From: a virus
Taxonomy: Duplodnaviria > Caudoviricetes
IMG/VR virus record: IMGVR_UViG_3300032318_000970
Coordinates: 1-26,153 of that record
Length of the DNA: 26,153 nucleotides
Strand: one strand, 5' to 3'
The notes under the pieces were generated by a model that was not told where the DNA came from, ran no database searches, and worked only from the letters and a program-made list of their open reading frames with translations. Both the position numbers and the translations under genes were made by a program. Below are positions 24,945 through 26,153 of this stretch, in pieces (positions within the stretch are counted from its first letter, which is position 1; the number at the start of each line of letters is the position of its first letter).

Positions 24945-26153
24945 GGAATATTGTCGTAAGGTCGTACCGCATTTAAAGAAGTCTTATTTTGCAGATAGAA
25001 AAGAAGCAGCAATTGCTTCTTTATTAATTAAGTTTTTTGAACAGTATAACAAGCCAGCAAGTCCAGAAATTCTAGCCATTGAGATTGGCAACCTATCTGG
25101 ATTCACGGACAAAGAAGTCCCAGAGATGCTGGAGTATGCCAAACAACTAACCACTGCTGAAGAGAATGAAGAGTGGCTAATTCAGAATACTGAGAAGTTC
25201 TGTAAGAACAGAGCAGTTTACAACGCCATTCTTGATTCGATCAAGATCATTGACGGTAAAGATCCAGCGCATACTCAAGACGCCATACCATCTATTCTTT
25301 CAGATGCGTTGGCGGTATCATTCGACAACCATGTAGGACACGACTACATAATTAATGCACCAGAACGATATGACTTCTATCACAAAGTCGAAGAGAAGGT
25401 TGCATTTGATCTTGACATGTTCAACAAGATCACTAAGGGTGGATTGAGCAAGAAAACATTGAACATTGTTTTGGCTGGTACTGGTGTTGGTAAATCATTG
25501 TTTATGTGTCATGTGGCAGCATCTACATTGATAGCAAACAAAAATGTATTATACATAACTATGGAGATGGCTGAAGAGCGTATCGCTGAACGTATTGATG
25601 CAAATCTTTTGAATCTGACCATGGATGAGTTGAAGGTTGTTGACCGAGATATCTTTGAGAGTAGGATTGATAAGATTAATAACAAGACGCAAGGTAAACT
25701 TATCGTCAAAGAATATCCAACGGCTAGTGCTCATGCGGGTCACTTCCGTGCCTTGCTCGAAGAGTTGAAGATGAAGCTGGAGTTTAAACCAGATATTATT
25801 ATGATCGACTATCTGAATATTTGCGCCAGCCAGCGTATGAAAATGAATGCCAATGTAAACTCATATACATATATTAAGGCAATCGCTGAAGAGTTGCGTG
25901 GTCTGGCAGTTGAATATAATGTTCCAATTATATCTGCTACGCAGACAACAAGATCTGGTTACACAAACTCAGATCCAGGGTTGGAAGATACTTCTGAGTC
26001 GTTCGGTCTTCCAGCCACAGCTGACTTTATGATTGCCTTGGTGAGTAATGAAGAGTTGGAACAGCTGAATCAGATTATTGTTAAGCAGTTGAAAAATCGA
26101 TATAGTGATCCAAATTACTACAAGAGATTCGTTATTGGGGTTGATCGGTCTAA
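24901..26153 (+). CDS. gp41: gp41 replicative DnaB-like helicase (3'-truncated by window edge; missing from the ORF track)
   Basis: MRIETAILSNL..., VGHDY, Walker A LAGTGVGKS, ITMEMAEE, IDYLNI, SATQTTRSG, TSESFGLPATAD, KQLKNRY. No in-frame stop before the window ends. Confidence 0.97.
   Translation, partial: MRIETAILSNLINNEEYCRKVVPHLKKSYFADRKEAAIASLLIKFFEQYNKPASPEILAIEIGNLSGFTDKEVPEMLEYAKQLTTAEENEEWLIQNTEKFCKNRAVYNAILDSIKIIDGKDPAHTQDAIPSILSDALAVSFDNHVGHDYIINAPERYDFYHKVEEKVAFDLDMFNKITKGGLSKKTLNIVLAGTGVGKSLFMCHVAASTLIANKNVLYITMEMAEERIAERIDANLLNLTMDELKVVDRDIFESRIDKINNKTQGKLIVKEYPTASAHAGHFRALLEELKMKLEFKPDIIMIDYLNICASQRMKMNANVNSYTYIKAIAEELRGLAVEYNVPIISATQTTRSGYTNSDPGLEDTSESFGLPATADFMIALVSNEELEQLNQIIVKQLKNRYSDPNYYKRFVIGVDRS

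Noticed and set aside
2562-25743. Numerous minus-strand and nested alternative-frame ORFs in the track (e.g. 3564-4085, 18832-19284, 23527-23778, 25509-25709)
   Set aside because: They lie inside well-supported + strand genes, show no recognisable motifs or RBS, and are expected shadow ORFs.
26151-26153. Terminal TAA as the gp41 stop
   Set aside because: It is out of frame (…GAT CGG TCT AA). The helicase continues past the window.
1-26153. Stop-codon reassignment or tRNA genes
   Set aside because: TAA, TGA and TAG all end genes at sensible positions, core genes are intact in the standard code, and no cloverleaf was recognised in the intergenic gaps.

Overview
Replication/recombination module of a T4-like (Tevenvirinae/Kyanoviridae-like) myophage. 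All convincing genes are on the + strand and use the standard code. Core order: uvsY (partial), uvsW, Sm-like gene, gp55, gp47, gp46, gp45, gp44, gp62, regA, hsp20, DNA ligase, dexA, gp43, uvsX, gp40-position gene, gp41 (partial, runs off the right end). Accessory insertions between the core genes carry a classical AAA ATPase, two 2OG-Fe(II) oxygenases, a zincin/vWA (CobT-like) plus MoxR AAA (CobS-like) pair, a stand-alone paralog of the CobS N-terminal domain, an HTH protein, a DUF5664-like nucleotide diphosphohydrolase, a SutA-like small protein and a GIY-YIG protein. The non-coding DNA is the most unusual part. It holds a family of sigma70-type promoters, three of them preceded by a shared TAACCCTAC-N5-GTAGGGTTA palindrome. 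It also has a back-to-back antisense promoter before gp55, two candidate H-type RNA pseudoknots, and a multi-hairpin leader ending in a ROSE-like thermometer hairpin ahead of the hsp20 operon. All family calls come from motif recognition by eye, not database searches.
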